Position numbers and translations under genes: made by a program. The notes beneath the pieces were generated by a model. It did no database searches and was not told the origin of the DNA. It worked only from the letters and a program-made list of their open reading frames with translations. DNA of 64,000 bases from Eledone cirrhosa (taxonomy: Eukaryota), in assembly GCA_964016885.1 (NCBI GenBank), contig OZ024743.1, forward strand, positions 363,816,001-363,880,000, given 5' to 3'. Within the stretch, counting starts at the first letter, position 1. Each line of letters starts with the position of its first letter. Below, piece after piece: positions 25,306-37,559 of the stretch.

Positions 25306-25703
25306 TGTATATATATAGTGTATTTTGCAATACACTGTATGCTTAATTAAAAGCATTTTGAAGACCTTACGCTATTGTTTTAAAGTAGTGACTATGTCAA
25401 TTACTTCTTTTTTCAACAAACAAAGGGAGATGAGCTGACAGATCTCTGTTTCATACTGTTGGTATTCCTCAGAGCTTAGCACTCACATTGTTTGTTGAAA
25501 ATTATGAATGTTGGATTCTTATAGAATTCCAGTAATAATCAGGAACTGATTATACAGAGCGGTTGCCGGTCCAGCAAAAATTGAAATTGTTTGTTGAAAA
25601 AAGAAGCGACATAGTCACTACTTTAAAACAATAGTGTAAGGTCTTCAAAATGCCTTTAATTAAGCATACAGTGTATTGCAAAATACACTATATATACATT
25701 CAT
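25301..25703. repeat. Inverted repeat, ~120-bp arms, flanking a hammerhead ribozyme
   Basis: Arms about 25301-25423 and 25587-25703. Confidence 0.85.
25433..25476 (-). ncRNA. Type-I hammerhead ribozyme with intact core
   Basis: AGCT-CTGAGGA-ATAC(caaca)GTAT-GAAA-CAGA(ga)TCTG-TC-AGCT; all three helices pair; GUC cleavage triplet. Confidence 0.8.
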
Positions 25704-25888
25704 ATGTATATCGCTATTTCAGAGCACCAATTCTAATTTTCAATTGAGGCCGGTGGAATTATTGGGCTTCATCAACAAGAAGAAAATGCCAGTTGATATA
25801 ATTCGTAAAATACGATAGAACTGTGTGCCGACACACGAATCTATTACATTTTACGTATTAAAGTTAAGTATTTTTGTCTCTTTGACAG

Positions 25889-25969
25889 TTTTATTGAGGA
25901 GAAGGCGGTCTATCGACATCAATCATATTTACAATGTGGATGAGGTCCAAGCTGATGACGACGATATAG
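25889..25969 (+). CDS. EGF-TM gene exon: pro-region with furin site, (V)LLRRRRSIDINHIYNVDEVQADDDDI
   Basis: tttgacag|...G|gtagga; 81 nt, phase 1-1; non-repetitive sequence. Confidence 0.65.
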
Positions 25970-26094
25970 GTAGGAAGTTGTTCACAGATTGTATATATAT
26001 ATATATTGTACCTTAATATATTTACTCAGACCATAGACAGTAACAGCAATCCATTTTCATTTCACGTCCCTAAGTTCGTTAATAATCTTAGTTT

Positions 26095-26399
26095 GTTTAG
26101 TTTAGTTTAATGTTGTGTAGTGTAGTTTAATTTAATTATTTTATATAACTTAAGTTAGTTTAGTTTAGTTTTGTTAACTTAGTTAAGTTATTTATTTGTT
26201 TAATTGGCTATGTATTTATTCAATTAGTTAGTTAGTTGGTTAATTAGTTACTTAGTTGGTTAATTAATTAGTTAGTTAGTTAGTTAGTTAGTTAGTGAGT
26301 CAGTTCGTTAATTAGTTACTTAGTTGGTTAATTAATTAGTTAGTTAGTTAAGTCCGTTGAGTGACTGATTAGTTTCGTAGTAGGCTAGTTGGTTGGTTG

Positions 26400-26436
<37 letters not shown>

Positions 26437-26480
26437 CTAATTGGTTAGTTAGTTAGTTAGTTTGTTAGTTAGTTAATTAG
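26095..26480. repeat. Degenerate (TTAG)n microsatellite
   Basis: Direct reading. Confidence 0.9.
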
Positions 26481-27577
26481 GAAAAGAGTCAGGACCCCGA
26501 CGGCTGAGCTCCGGCCGTTTCGACAGCTAGATCCGAACTAAGCTTAGTTATCAATTACTCTAATGCAGTGCTACTCAAAGTGGTGGTCCGCGGACCGGTG
26601 CCGGTACGCGAGCCATCAGCTACCGGTACGCGGCCTTTCACACTAGTAAAGATTAAGGTTATATAATTTTTATTTTTGTGTTAATAAACTGCTTGTTATT
26701 TTTTTTAGTACTTTTTTTTATATGTTTTGATATTGTATTATTTGTTTACAAAATAAATAGAAGATAAAAAAATGGTCAACTTCTATTATATTCATTATAT
26801 ATATCGTTTCCGGTATAAATTAATATTACTACGAAATATTAGAGCTACGTGGCACATTGAAGATAAAATGCCGGTCCGCCACATCAGATAGTTTGAGAAG
26901 CACTGCTCTAATGCACAGGAAGAGCACCTCAATACACTAATTTACTAGTATTTTCTTTTATCACGATACACCTCAAAAAAGCATGGCTATGTATTCGGCC
27001 GGTTCTATGTATATTTAGCAAGAGTGAAAATATTCCGGGTTAACCTAAGGAAAATTAGGAACTGTTTATTATAGTGTAGATATGCAAAGATCCACCTAAG
27101 TATAATTAGAGTGTGTTACTAATGAAGAAAAACTTCTATTTCTACCTAAGTAGGCTAGGGGTTTCCTCTATCTTAGTTTGTAATTAGGAAGGAGATACAG
27201 CCGAGGTCTACCCACCTAGGTCGTGAAGGGGTTTGAAGGTAAGATATGTCCTATATATTCTGTGTTTATATGGGTAACGAGTTCATCCTTTTTGTTTAAC
27301 AATTGGTCCTTTGCAAACAGCATCTGGACCGTTTCCTCCGAGCATAAATTGAACGGATGGCGTCCTCCCGAGTAAGATGTTGCCTTGGAAAGTATGTTCC
27401 AACTTAGATAGTAGGTAATGTTGTTGTCTTGGAGGTCCCAAATATGGCCAGAAAGTGCTGTCGTGTGTCGCCGGGCCGGGTTTCTAAATGAATGTTGGTG
27501 TTGGTAATACTGGGTCCTAAACTCGCAGGCGGTTAATCCGTTATGGTCCACCTAGTATCTTACCACACCTTCTTTGT
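26481..27577 (-). mobile_element. 5'-truncated PLE (GIY-YIG remnant, 3' pLTR with hammerhead remnant, short inverted pLTR tip) inserted in (TTAG)n
   Basis: GLTACEFRTQYYQHQHSF...TALSGHIWDL...NLCSEE; GAAAC-GGC..GCC-GTC at about 26498-26521; 27538-27577 matches the pLTR end seen at 2395-2430 and 16917-16956 in the opposite orientation. Confidence 0.75.
26566..26905. mobile_element. 340-bp hAT (Charlie-like) MITE
   Basis: TIR CAGTGCTACTCAAA / TTTGAGAAGCACTG; 8-bp TSD CTCTAATG at 26558-26565 and 26906-26913. Confidence 0.9.
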
Positions 27578-27710
27578 TAGTTAGTTAATTAGCTACTTAA
27601 TTAGTTAGTAAGTTAGTTAGTCAGTTAGTTCGTCAGTTATTTAGTTAGTCTGATGGTTAGTTAGTTAATTAGTTAGTTAATAAGTTAGTTAGTCAGTTAG
27701 TTAGTTAGTC

Positions 27711-27741
<31 letters not shown>

Positions 27742-27770
27742 CAGTCAGTCAGTCAGTCAGTCAGTTAGTC

Positions 27771-27835
<65 letters not shown>

Positions 27836-27836
27836 C

Positions 27837-27887
<51 letters not shown>

Positions 27888-28002
27888 ATTAGTTAGTTAG
27901 TCAGTTAGTCAGTTAGTTAGTTAGTTAGTTGCTTAGTTAGTCAGTAAGTTAGTCGGTTGGTTAGTTAGTCGAATGGTTAGTTATTTAATTAATTAGTTAA
28001 TA

Positions 28003-28043
<41 letters not shown>

Positions 28044-28060
28044 CTTAGTTAGTTAGTTAC

Positions 28061-28125
<65 letters not shown>

Positions 28126-28226
28126 CAGTTAGTCAGTTAGTTAGTTAGTTAGTTGCTTAGTTAGTCAGTAAGTTAGTCGGTTGGTTAGTTAGTCGAATGG
28201 TTAGTTATTTAATTAATTAGTTAATA

Positions 28227-28281
<55 letters not shown>

Positions 28282-28605
28282 CGGTTGATTAATTATTTAA
28301 TTAGTTAAGTTAGTTAGTTGGTTTGTTAATTAGTTGGGTGGTTGTTTGGTTGGTTGGTTGGTTCGTTAGTTGGTTCACTGGTTGGTTGGTTGGTTGGTTG
28401 ATTAATTAGTTAATTAGTTGTTTAGTTAATTGGTTACTTAGTTGTTTAGTTAGTTAATTAGTTAGTCAGTTGGTTGTTTGTTTAGTTAGTTGGTTAACTG
28501 GGTGGTTGGTTAGCTGGTTGATTTGTTGGTTTGGTTGGTTAGCTGGCTGGTTGGTTAGTCAGTTGGTTGGTTTAATTTAGTTTAATTAGGTTTAGTTTAG
28601 TTGAG
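27578..28605. repeat. ~1-kb compound (TTAG)n/(TCAG)n/(TTGG)n array
   Basis: Direct reading; variant block gcttagttagtcagtaagttagtcggttgg...gaatgg occurs twice. Confidence 0.95.
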
Positions 28606-28656
28606 TTGAATTGAGTTTCATTTCAAAACATCTCTGTTAACTATTGCCATCTTCAG

Positions 28657-28826
28657 TTCCTAGACAAACTCCAGGCCAATATCCTGCTTCAAGTTATCGA
28701 TCAAAGAAACATGAAGTCCACCATGCCTTCGCACTCCGTGTCTTGAACTCCAAAAGATCAGATTTGGTGCTGCCTCTTCTGGATTTCATGCACAATGTCC
28801 TGATTGACGAAGTCGATGTTCTTTGA
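28657..28826 (+). CDS. Possible alternative terminal exon: (V)PRQTPGQYPASSYRSKK...DEVDVL*
   Basis: catcttcag| acceptor; phase 1 matches the 25969 donor; open for 55 codons; ATTAAA about 25 nt after the stop. Confidence 0.35.
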
Positions 28827-29519
28827 TATTCCCACATGTTTTGTGTTTAATTAAAAAGAAACTATATGAAATCGTATAGCAATTGTATTCATGTTGCCGT
28901 TCATTTATCTAGAGCTTTACTAGTTATATACTGGTACGTGTCTACTGTACTCCACCTTATGCCCTCAAAATTGATCTTGTGTGTGGTGGAAAAGAAACTA
29001 GTAAATTGTTATCAGGACCGATACATTCTGATTTTGTAGAAAATTATTTAATTTAAAGAGAAAAAGAATGTTGTGATGTATATTTATTTCCCATAATCTG
29101 CATAAAGAGTAGAGATAGATTAAACAGAATTATCCCTAGTTTAACACTAGAACAACCTGGTGTTTTTTATTTATTTCTAATAACTTAACTCTGAGATTTA
29201 ATTCTTCTGTTGAACTAGAACACATTTTCTTTAATATTTTTTACTGTCCAGGGCCCTTGTCTGGTTTTCCGAGATATGTAAGGGAGATAGGGGAAGGTAT
29301 CCTCAGCCTGCAGGCATTTTTCCAACACTCTAACGATTCTGTCAATTCGCTGCCTAAACTCAGATCTTAGATCAACATTTTAAGATGACTTTCAAAGTAT
29401 CTGTGTATGCCATTTTGAAACATCCTCTTTTCGCCATACCTCTGACACAATAAGTTTAGAACAAGATTGGATTAGAACTCACGGCATAGTTAAGATATCT
29501 GATTGATAGAATGGAATAA

Positions 29520-29850
29520 GCCTCTGTCGGTTTCGACAATGAGTGTTCCAGCTGTTTGATCAATGAAACAGCCTGCTCGTGAAATTAACGTGTAAGTGGC
29601 TGAGATTCCACAGACACGAGTCTCCTTAACCTAATTCTCAGTGTGTGACAAGGCTGGACTTTTGAATTGTAGGAAGAGTCTATCGGACGGACTTCAAAAT
29701 AGTTTCTATCCACCCAATTTCACTTACAAGGCTTGAGTTGGCCCAAGGCTATGGTACGGGATAATTTCCCAAGATGCCACGCAATGGGATCGAACACGTG
29801 ACCTTATAATTGTGAAGCGAACTTCTTAATCATTCGGCCATAATACGTCC
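29520..29850 (-). mobile_element. SINE S2-related composite
   Basis: Shares aacgtgtaagtg.ctga...ccaca.aca with 11170-11200; B-box GTTCGATCCC on the minus strand. Confidence 0.55.
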
Positions 29851-29906
29851 ACTATGACTGATATTAGCAAAATACAATAACACATTCCTGGTCACGTGTC
29901 TTTCAG

Positions 29907-30029
29907 AGATATATTGGAAGTGTACAAAGAACTTGTGTAAAAATGGAGCCAAATGCTTTGAAAAAGGGTCAGAAATGTGGTGTCGATGTCCGAAAAGATA
30001 CACAGGAAAGTGGTGTGAGTTAAAACGAG
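29907..30029 (+). CDS. Exon encoding one EGF-like domain
   Basis: tttcag|...G|gtaaac; 123 nt, phase 1-1; IYWKCTKNLCKNGAKCFEKGSEMWCRCPKRYTGKWCELKR = C-x4-C-x5-C-x8-C-x-C-x8-C with CxNGxxC and YTGxxCE. Confidence 0.9.
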
Positions 30030-30482
30030 GTAAACCATTTATAATAAGATCTAGTGAGTTCAAATCCTAACGAGTAATTAATGAAGAAATGTTATAACAG
30101 CAGAAGCCGTGCATCAATATTAGGCTTTCGTTAGATTAGCTTATTTTACAATATCTCAATTCCTGGTAATAACATTTTACTTCTTTTACATCAATAATGC
30201 TCTTGAGAAAGGCATTAATGTGCCACATTCTCATGTCACATTCGTGTATCAATGTTATGATGTGTCTATCAATCTGACATGAAGCAGTGTAATTTTCGTA
30301 GTTTACGAGGCCTGGGATCTGGTTTCAATTTGAAATTAGAACCGCTTCATTTAAATTGTTAACGACACTATCACTTTCTCAATGTCTAAGAACATTTGTA
30401 GTGTGGTTGTATCCTCTATTTTGTGTGTATTTCATAATACTTTCATTCAAGTGCGTGAAAGCCACAATACTTTCATACCTGC

Positions 30483-30516
<34 letters not shown>

Positions 30517-30596
30517 ATTTGTATGTTTATCCCAGGTTCAGTCGGGGGGGGGGGGGACCATAGTAAGTAAGGTACTCAATACATAGCAGAGTATAA

Positions 30597-30732
30597 ATAT
30601 TTAATATACAAATGGCTTCTACAGGATTAGAACTGTTTCATTCGGGAGAAATTATCAGGAAAGCCCTTTCATGATGATTTTTTCCGAATGAAACAGTTCT
30701 AGTCCTGTAGAAGCCATTTTTATATTAAATAT
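30597..30732. repeat. Palindrome of two divergent hammerhead-containing arms
   Basis: Minus arm GGCTTTC-CTGATAA...GAAA-CAG(ttctaatc)CTG-TA-GAAGCC; plus arm ctttc-ATGATGA...GAAACAG..CTGTAGAAGCC. Confidence 0.8.
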
Positions 30733-30745
30733 ATATATGTATATT

Positions 30746-30813
<68 letters not shown>

Positions 30814-31060
30814 TGAGAAGCAGATTGATGCTGGAGTTGCGTCTGTAGCATCGATAGGGGACCTTGAGCCAATCATCTGTGAAATGAACGTAACTGGTCG
30901 ATAATAAAAATATGTAAACGAAACGCTTTTCTTAAAATATACTCTCTGCCTGTATATCGAGTGCTCAAGTTGGTACCACCACCAATTAATCACTGAGTCT
31001 TCTATAATATATATATATATATGCATGTATGAATGTATTATGTATGTATATATGTATATG

Positions 31061-31099
<39 letters not shown>

Positions 31100-31122
31100 T
31101 ATATATATATATATATATATAA

Positions 31123-31175
<53 letters not shown>

Positions 31176-32166
31176 AATATATATATATACACATAAATAT
31201 ATATATATACATAAATATATATATATATATACACATAAATATATATATACACATAAATATATACATGCATATGTTTGTGTATATGTATGAATAGATGGGT
31301 AGGTACACACACGGACGTGTGAGTCTAATATGTATGCACAGATCAATCTCAACATGACTATACTAATAATGGAGCAGATTCTTATACGGGTTGGATTATT
31401 TTGGCATTTTGGTACTTGGCTGGAACTGATGTTTTGAAATATCCACTGTTCTTACTCGAATACCCACACATACCAAGAATTCTTAATATGACCTATAATT
31501 TCAGTATAGGCAAATATTTCTATCTTTGCTTTGTACGGATTTTTTTCTATGAAAGAGAGCTATCCAGCAAATTTTATTCAGCATTTCGGAGCCCTCACCT
31601 CTTACGTTGTTATCAACGGTTTCAAACAAAATATGCTGGCTGGTTTACTTGGGCCTTTTATGGAAATTACGTCATCACCGGTTATATTGTCAAAAATAGC
31701 AAATAACCTCAGAAAAAAAAAATATGTATATATTTTATGAATCTTAAATTCATTTAATGAAATGAATATAAAAAATATTTATTCTGTCGGATTAAAGAAA
31801 AAAGAATCTTTAAATATAGTTCTCTGCTTTTCCACTTTTACTTTTTACCTATAATCTTCGATTTGTATGGAACTTTAATCCATTGTTTTACTATATATAT
31901 ATATATACACAGAAACAGACATACACACACAAACATTTGGAAGTAATCAGATAATATAATTAGTATAAGAGCGGTGATTAGAAGATTCTTTAGAGTGTCG
32001 GAAATGCCTGCCGTATTTATTACGGTTTTTTATGTTCTGATTCAAATCCATCCGGAAAATATTTGACTTTGATCCTTCCTGGGTCGATAATATAAAGTAC
32101 GAGTCATGTACTGGATAATTGTTAACCTTCTACCTAAATTCGAAACCATTTTTTTTTTTTTTACAG

Positions 32167-32308
32167 CCGGGCAAGAAGGTTCCTGTTCATGTGCCGACGA
32201 AGACAATTCCGTTCGTAAACTTACAGTTGCTTTAATTATTCTCTTAGTGTTGTTCCTCTTCTTCTTAATAATCGGGATATATGTTTACAGAAGAAAACTG
32301 ACTTGTTG
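32167..32308 (+). CDS. Exon encoding stalk, transmembrane helix and stop-transfer motif
   Basis: poly-T-acag|...TG|gtaagt; (A)GQEGSCSCADEDNSVRKLTVALIILLVLFLFFLIIGIYVYRRKLTC; in phase with the EGF exon. Confidence 0.85.
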
Positions 32309-32944
32309 GTAAGTAAGATGGACTTCTACTTTACTATTATATAACCAACTTTAAGGATGACAACATTATCAAGAATAGAGCCATACGAGATCCGAATTCA
32401 TTTCAGAAAAGCTTGTTGATTATGTAATCGGCATTTTTTCAGGTATCTTTGTCTCCTAATATTCTGCCTACAGAAGGTTTCTAATTAAAAACTTAATTTA
32501 TCTTAAATCTTCTAATATGTACTCTGTTCTATATAAATATTTATTATTTAATTATGACGTTTTAGATTCAAATTCCACAGAGGCTAATTTTATATTTCAT
32601 TCTTTCGATCTAATTCACTTCACCGCTTCCTCAAAAAGTGTAATCGAATACCAATGTCAGATATCATATTTAGAAAGAATTTGCTATTTCCGTCTCGATG
32701 AATTATTCAAAATATCAAATAGTTTTATCAGTCATTTTCTGTTAACTTTTCCTATCGTTCTCTCAGCAACAGAAAATCAGAGAAGAATGATTGGTGCGAA
32801 TTGATACAACAAAGATTGGGTGAGTAATTCTGAAGTACTGAATTCACACAACTGGTTTCGATAAACAATCAAATTTTAGGAAAAATAGAATCTCCCCAAA
32901 TCAAATTTTCTCATCCTTTGACTTTATTGATTTTAATTATCACA

Positions 32945-33435
32945 GCTCTAGGTTCTGCAGGAGTATGGGATCGATGGTCAGCTTCTTGCTGCCCTGATGT
33001 CTCTATACGAATGCCCGAGTATTTGTGTTTGGATAAATGGTGATAAATCGAAACCATTCAATGTGGGAGTCAGACTCCGCCGAGGGTGCGTACCGTCACC
33101 TCTCCTGTTCCTTATTTACATGAACAGGATTGAGATGCGCAACCAGGTTGGAAGTGATATCATGACAGGCGAGTGTAAAATCAGTCTGCGAAAACTGGGA
33201 TACTTGTACTATCAAGGAAACCTGCGCAGAGCCCTACATGTGAATGGAGTTCTACTGAAGCAGGTAAAGAAGTTCAAGTATCTTGGGGCCATGTTCACGA
33301 GTGATGGAAGGCAGGAGACTGAAATTACAAAAGCTAAGGCAGTAATGCGTCAGATTCAGAATTCGGTAACCAGAAGGGAGGTAGACGTAAAAGCCAATTT
33401 CGTTATCTTCAATTCGGTTTTCGTGCCAACCCTTA
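32945..33435 (+). mobile_element. RTE/Expander-like RT fragment
   Basis: GVRLRRGCVPSPLLF...KFKYLG; same family as 7235-10030. Confidence 0.8.
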
Positions 33436-35045
33436 TCGCTATCGAAGCCGTCGATCCACTTTGCCAGGATCTTCGTGAGGGGCCAAAAATCAGCTCCATA
33501 GAGGAGAATGGAAAGGATCGACACATTGTAGATACGGATATTCGTCTTCCAGGAGATAAAGCAGTGGTGCCAAAGGGGCTTCCATAGGGAGTGCATTTTC
33601 CTGGCGGCCAGACAACATCGGCAGTTGATCTCAGGGATCAGGTTTACATTGTTGGTGACTGTGGAACCCACTTAAATCGCTTGCTGCTCTTATGCCGCTA
33701 CAACAATCGCTTTATTGCCGACACCTAGTTCCTCGCAAACTCATCCATCACTGGATTTGGTACAGTTCGGACGGCATCATCATCTAGAGCTGGAGGTCAT
33801 TTATCACCGACTGTCGGGTCTACAGGGATGTTAAACTCGGCAATACCGACCATCCATTGCTGGCTGTGACACTGATTTTGCAGGCAGACTCTGACTCCAA
33901 CCCCGCCTTGACTTATTCTGTCTCCATGATCCCAGCATCACCTCTACATTCGTGAGCTCCAACGTGAATCATTTTAGCACCCTGGTTGATGACGTGCCTA
34001 AGAATTATTGAGAGATCTTTAAATAAAGTGTCTACACTTGGTTACTCAATTCCTCTTCTCAAACGGTTCTGGATTTCACTGCAGACGCTGGAGATAATCA
34101 GCTGTCGCCGCAAGGCTCACTGTCGCGATAACATGAAGGAGTGCCGCCGGCGAACCGTAAACGCAACAAAACCATCACGGATGACTGGGAGAAGTTTGGG
34201 GCGAAAGAATCCGAGTGCCTAGAGGCTGCAACAAGGGACAATGACCTCAGTTACGCCCCGAAAAGCCCATACCGGTACCCAGAGCAAGAGAGCCTTGGTG
34301 AAGACTACCAATGGTAACGTCATCACCATAGCAACCGCCTGCCTCGAACGCTGAAAGCACTTCAGCCTTCTTCGTCATCATCCACCCGTCCCAATCGATC
34401 CCTGCCTAACCTACACCGCAGACACGGCTGCAGCCAGTGACACCTGTCATCCCGGGTGAAATCAGGGCTGCTCTGAAGTAGCTCAACAACCACAAAGCCC
34501 CTGGTATCTGCACTATCACCGTGGAGATGTTGAAGCTAGGTGGAGATAACATGATCCAGTGGATCACCAGCATCATCAACCATGTATGCGCATCAGAGCG
34601 GCTTCAAAATGACTGGTCCCGGAGCATCATACACTCCTTCTGGAAAAGGAAGGGCGACAAATTCGTCTGCAGCAACCACACGGACATCACCCTCCTCTCT
34701 ATCCTACGCAAGCTCTTCACCAAAATCCCCCTCAGCCGTTCTATTCCTGCCATTAGAATTAGACGTCACCCACAATAAGCCGGATTCGTGCCAAATCGAT
34801 CTACCGTCGACCACATTTCTGCCCTCCGCCTTATTATTGAAAAATCTCGGGTGTCCCGCAAAGATAGCCACCTCTACATCACCTTCATCGACTGCAAAGC
34901 GGCTTTAGACATGGTCAACCATTCATCTATCTGGAAAATTCTTAAGCTCTCTTTATATCTCCTGAGATCACCATCCGCTTCCAATGGCTCTATAGCAGTG
35001 CGGGGAGCTGCGTACGGGTCAACGGGAAAGACTCCTACTGGTTTC
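33436..35045. mobile_element. RTE-like LINE fragments: minus piece 33436-33720, plus piece ~33720-35045
   Basis: IRIYNVSILSILLYGADFW (minus); KAPGI...EMLKLGG, KGDK..CSNH.DITLLS, FIDCKAALD (plus). Confidence 0.7.
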
Positions 35046-35082
35046 TCATCTCTCCCTCCCTCTCTTTCTCTCTCACACTCAC

Positions 35083-35122
<40 letters not shown>

Positions 35123-35719
35123 ATAAGTAAAATTAGGGGATAGACTGTGGTCTCGGCGGTCGGCTAGTTACGTCTTCGGTCCTATCACCGCAGACTATCA
35201 ATATAGTGGTAAGAAATTCTCATGAGAGCTGGACAGCAGAAGGTCTTCAAAGAAGAAGCCCCCCTCAAGTGAGTCTTTCGGCCCTTAATTTCTTACACTC
35301 TAAGGAGACCGGGCTGCATCCAAGTCAAAACTCATGAGTGCCTTTCTGCTGACAGTTAGCCATTCGGATATCGGAGACTTGCTGTGTATTTAAACCGTAT
35401 GAAGATTTCGATGACGGGACATTGTTGGAATGCTTATCCATTGCCTCTGCTTTCAAACATATTTAAGCGTTTTCTTGAGTTTGGAAAAATATCATTGATA
35501 GTCATGTTAGCCGTGAAACGTAAACAGCATCGCCGACGCCGCCGCCAACACTACATACCGTGACTCACTTAAAGTTACTTCCCTTAACATGCGTTATAAT
35601 AGTTTCTACTTTTGGCACAAGGCCAACAATTATTCCAGTGGTACTTTATTTTATCGATCCCGTAAGGATGAAAAGCAAAGTTAACCTCGCGGGATTTGAA
35701 CTCAGACCATAGCATGCGT

Positions 35720-36960
35720 TATAATACTAACACGATGCATCTCAAGTCGTACAGAGGAAGTTCTTGTTCGTCCTCGACTAGATCCAGATGGAATTCCTTT
35801 CCGCTGCCTCTGATATTGCCTTTAGGACTTTGGTCCTCATCTTCTCTTAAAGTTCTTTCATGAGATTTTAGGCAGATTTGCCCACAAATCCTTTGGCTCC
35901 AACTTCTATGGCGAAAACTTTGGCTGTTGGCCAAACTAGCGTTTTTTCAGGCTTGAATACGCGTGGTTCTTCTATCTGTGGTTCTTCTTTCAAATGGCAC
36001 GATTCAATCAAAATCAGATGCTTTGATGAATTGAAATGGAGTACAATATACGGCCTCAAACCGCTCTTTTGGGTGATTTCTGGTTGTTTTATTGATTCTG
36101 GGAGGTCTGCTGTAGACTTCCAGTCGTCTGCACTACTTAGAAGACTCGATCCCTGTGCCCTGTATGGCATAGCTGTTCCTGCCGTATAAAATGTTGTTGG
36201 AGATTCACGTACTACGGGATTTACTTTTGCCGTACTTATACATGTACGATTTCCTTCAGCACTTGATTGTGTCTCCACGTGTATCTACCCCGGGCTAGTG
36301 CTACTCTGACTGAACACGTTCCTCTGCCTGTCTAGCCTGGCAGTGGGATTATCTGATTTGCCCCATTTGACTAAATTCATATTCGAGGGCAGAAGATCAT
36401 AGATAGATCTGAGGAGAAAACTGATTCTGGGAGGCGGCCTATGTCACAAGTCATCCCAACTGAGACACCTCTAGAGGGCACCTTCCCACGTCGTCCCTTG
36501 ACCCAGTTGGCTCTACTGAACTGCCTCCCGAAGACTTATGGAACCCTCTTCTTTCTTCACCTCCTGTAAAGTCAGTTCTCTCTTCATCTTTCCTCTGGCC
36601 TCTGACCACCGTTCCATTTTTATTACGCCCAGTCCTTGCCTATTAGCCTGAGTCTGTCCAAATATATCTCAGATCGTAATGCTTTCCTTTTGTGCATCTA
36701 CCGCTTGGGCTGGATAGACTTCACGACCTTTTCTTCTGAGTTCTCAAGCATGGTCAAGAGCCTTGATTTTCCGACTTTGTATTTCTCAACGATGAATTTG
36801 ATGGGTAGCATCGGCTTGGACTGACGGCAGTAGAATGCAGCATCTGGGAACCCTGGTGGAACAAGCCACTTCCTTGTGTATTTGGTGATTTTGGCCTCCA
36901 TGGCCTCCACCAAACTAGAGCTAATATTGTATATCAGTAGATGCCATAAAATCCAGAGAG
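35720..36960 (-). mobile_element. RLE-type non-LTR retrotransposon 3' part (Hero-like), degraded
   Basis: RKWLVPPGFPDAAFY...VEKYKVGKSRL; GLRPYIV..HLILIE; AIEVGAKGFVG. Confidence 0.65.
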
Positions 36961-37359
36961 GACTCTATGAGGGTTGTATATATAAGTATATAGAAATCCC
37001 ATGGAGCATATATTTATTATTAGCACAGATTAAAAGTTCAAGCAAACAATTTCTGCTTTCACCCTAAAGCAGGGTCTTCTGAAACTGAGAAATATCAATC
37101 CGTAGACGCGGAAGTAAATATCTTAAAAGATTACGACTAAATATTGAGACATAACAATAACGCGTGAACACATTCTTTTGAGATGTGGCGAAATGTATGC
37201 AAGGAGAATTACGCCATTAAATGAAACAGGAAGAACAAATTCTTGCTATGAAAAAAATCAGGAAACTACTTTTCTTATTTTCCACCCTATATGGAAAATA
37301 ATATTAATAGAAGTAATGTGATTAAACATAAAGATAATGAAGGTATTAATAACAGTATT

Positions 37360-37535
37360 AATTGTTCCTTCTTTTGGCACAAGACCATCCCAGTGCATTA
37401 CTGGTATCGACCCCGTAGGGATGAAAGGCAAAAATTAACCTCGGCGGGATTTGAACTCAGATCATAAAGGGCCGTAACTCTATGCTGCAAAGCATGGCGT
37501 CCGACCCTCTACCGATACTGCCAATCGTCCGCCCT
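37360..37535 (-). mobile_element. SINE S1 copy
   Basis: Matches S1; further partial copies at ~4640-4730, 12597-12652, 31970-32100 and 35598-35708. Confidence 0.75.
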
Positions 37536-37559
37536 TTGGTGATAATAATAATAATGCAT

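Noticed and set aside
27578-28605. Telomeric repeat or CRISPR-like array
   Set aside because: Unit is TTAG, not TTAGGG or TTAGG; no unique spacers; eukaryotic context
30986-31355. YI-repeat ORFs here and throughout the window
   Set aside because: (TA)n, (CA)n and (TACA)n microsatellites have stop-free frames
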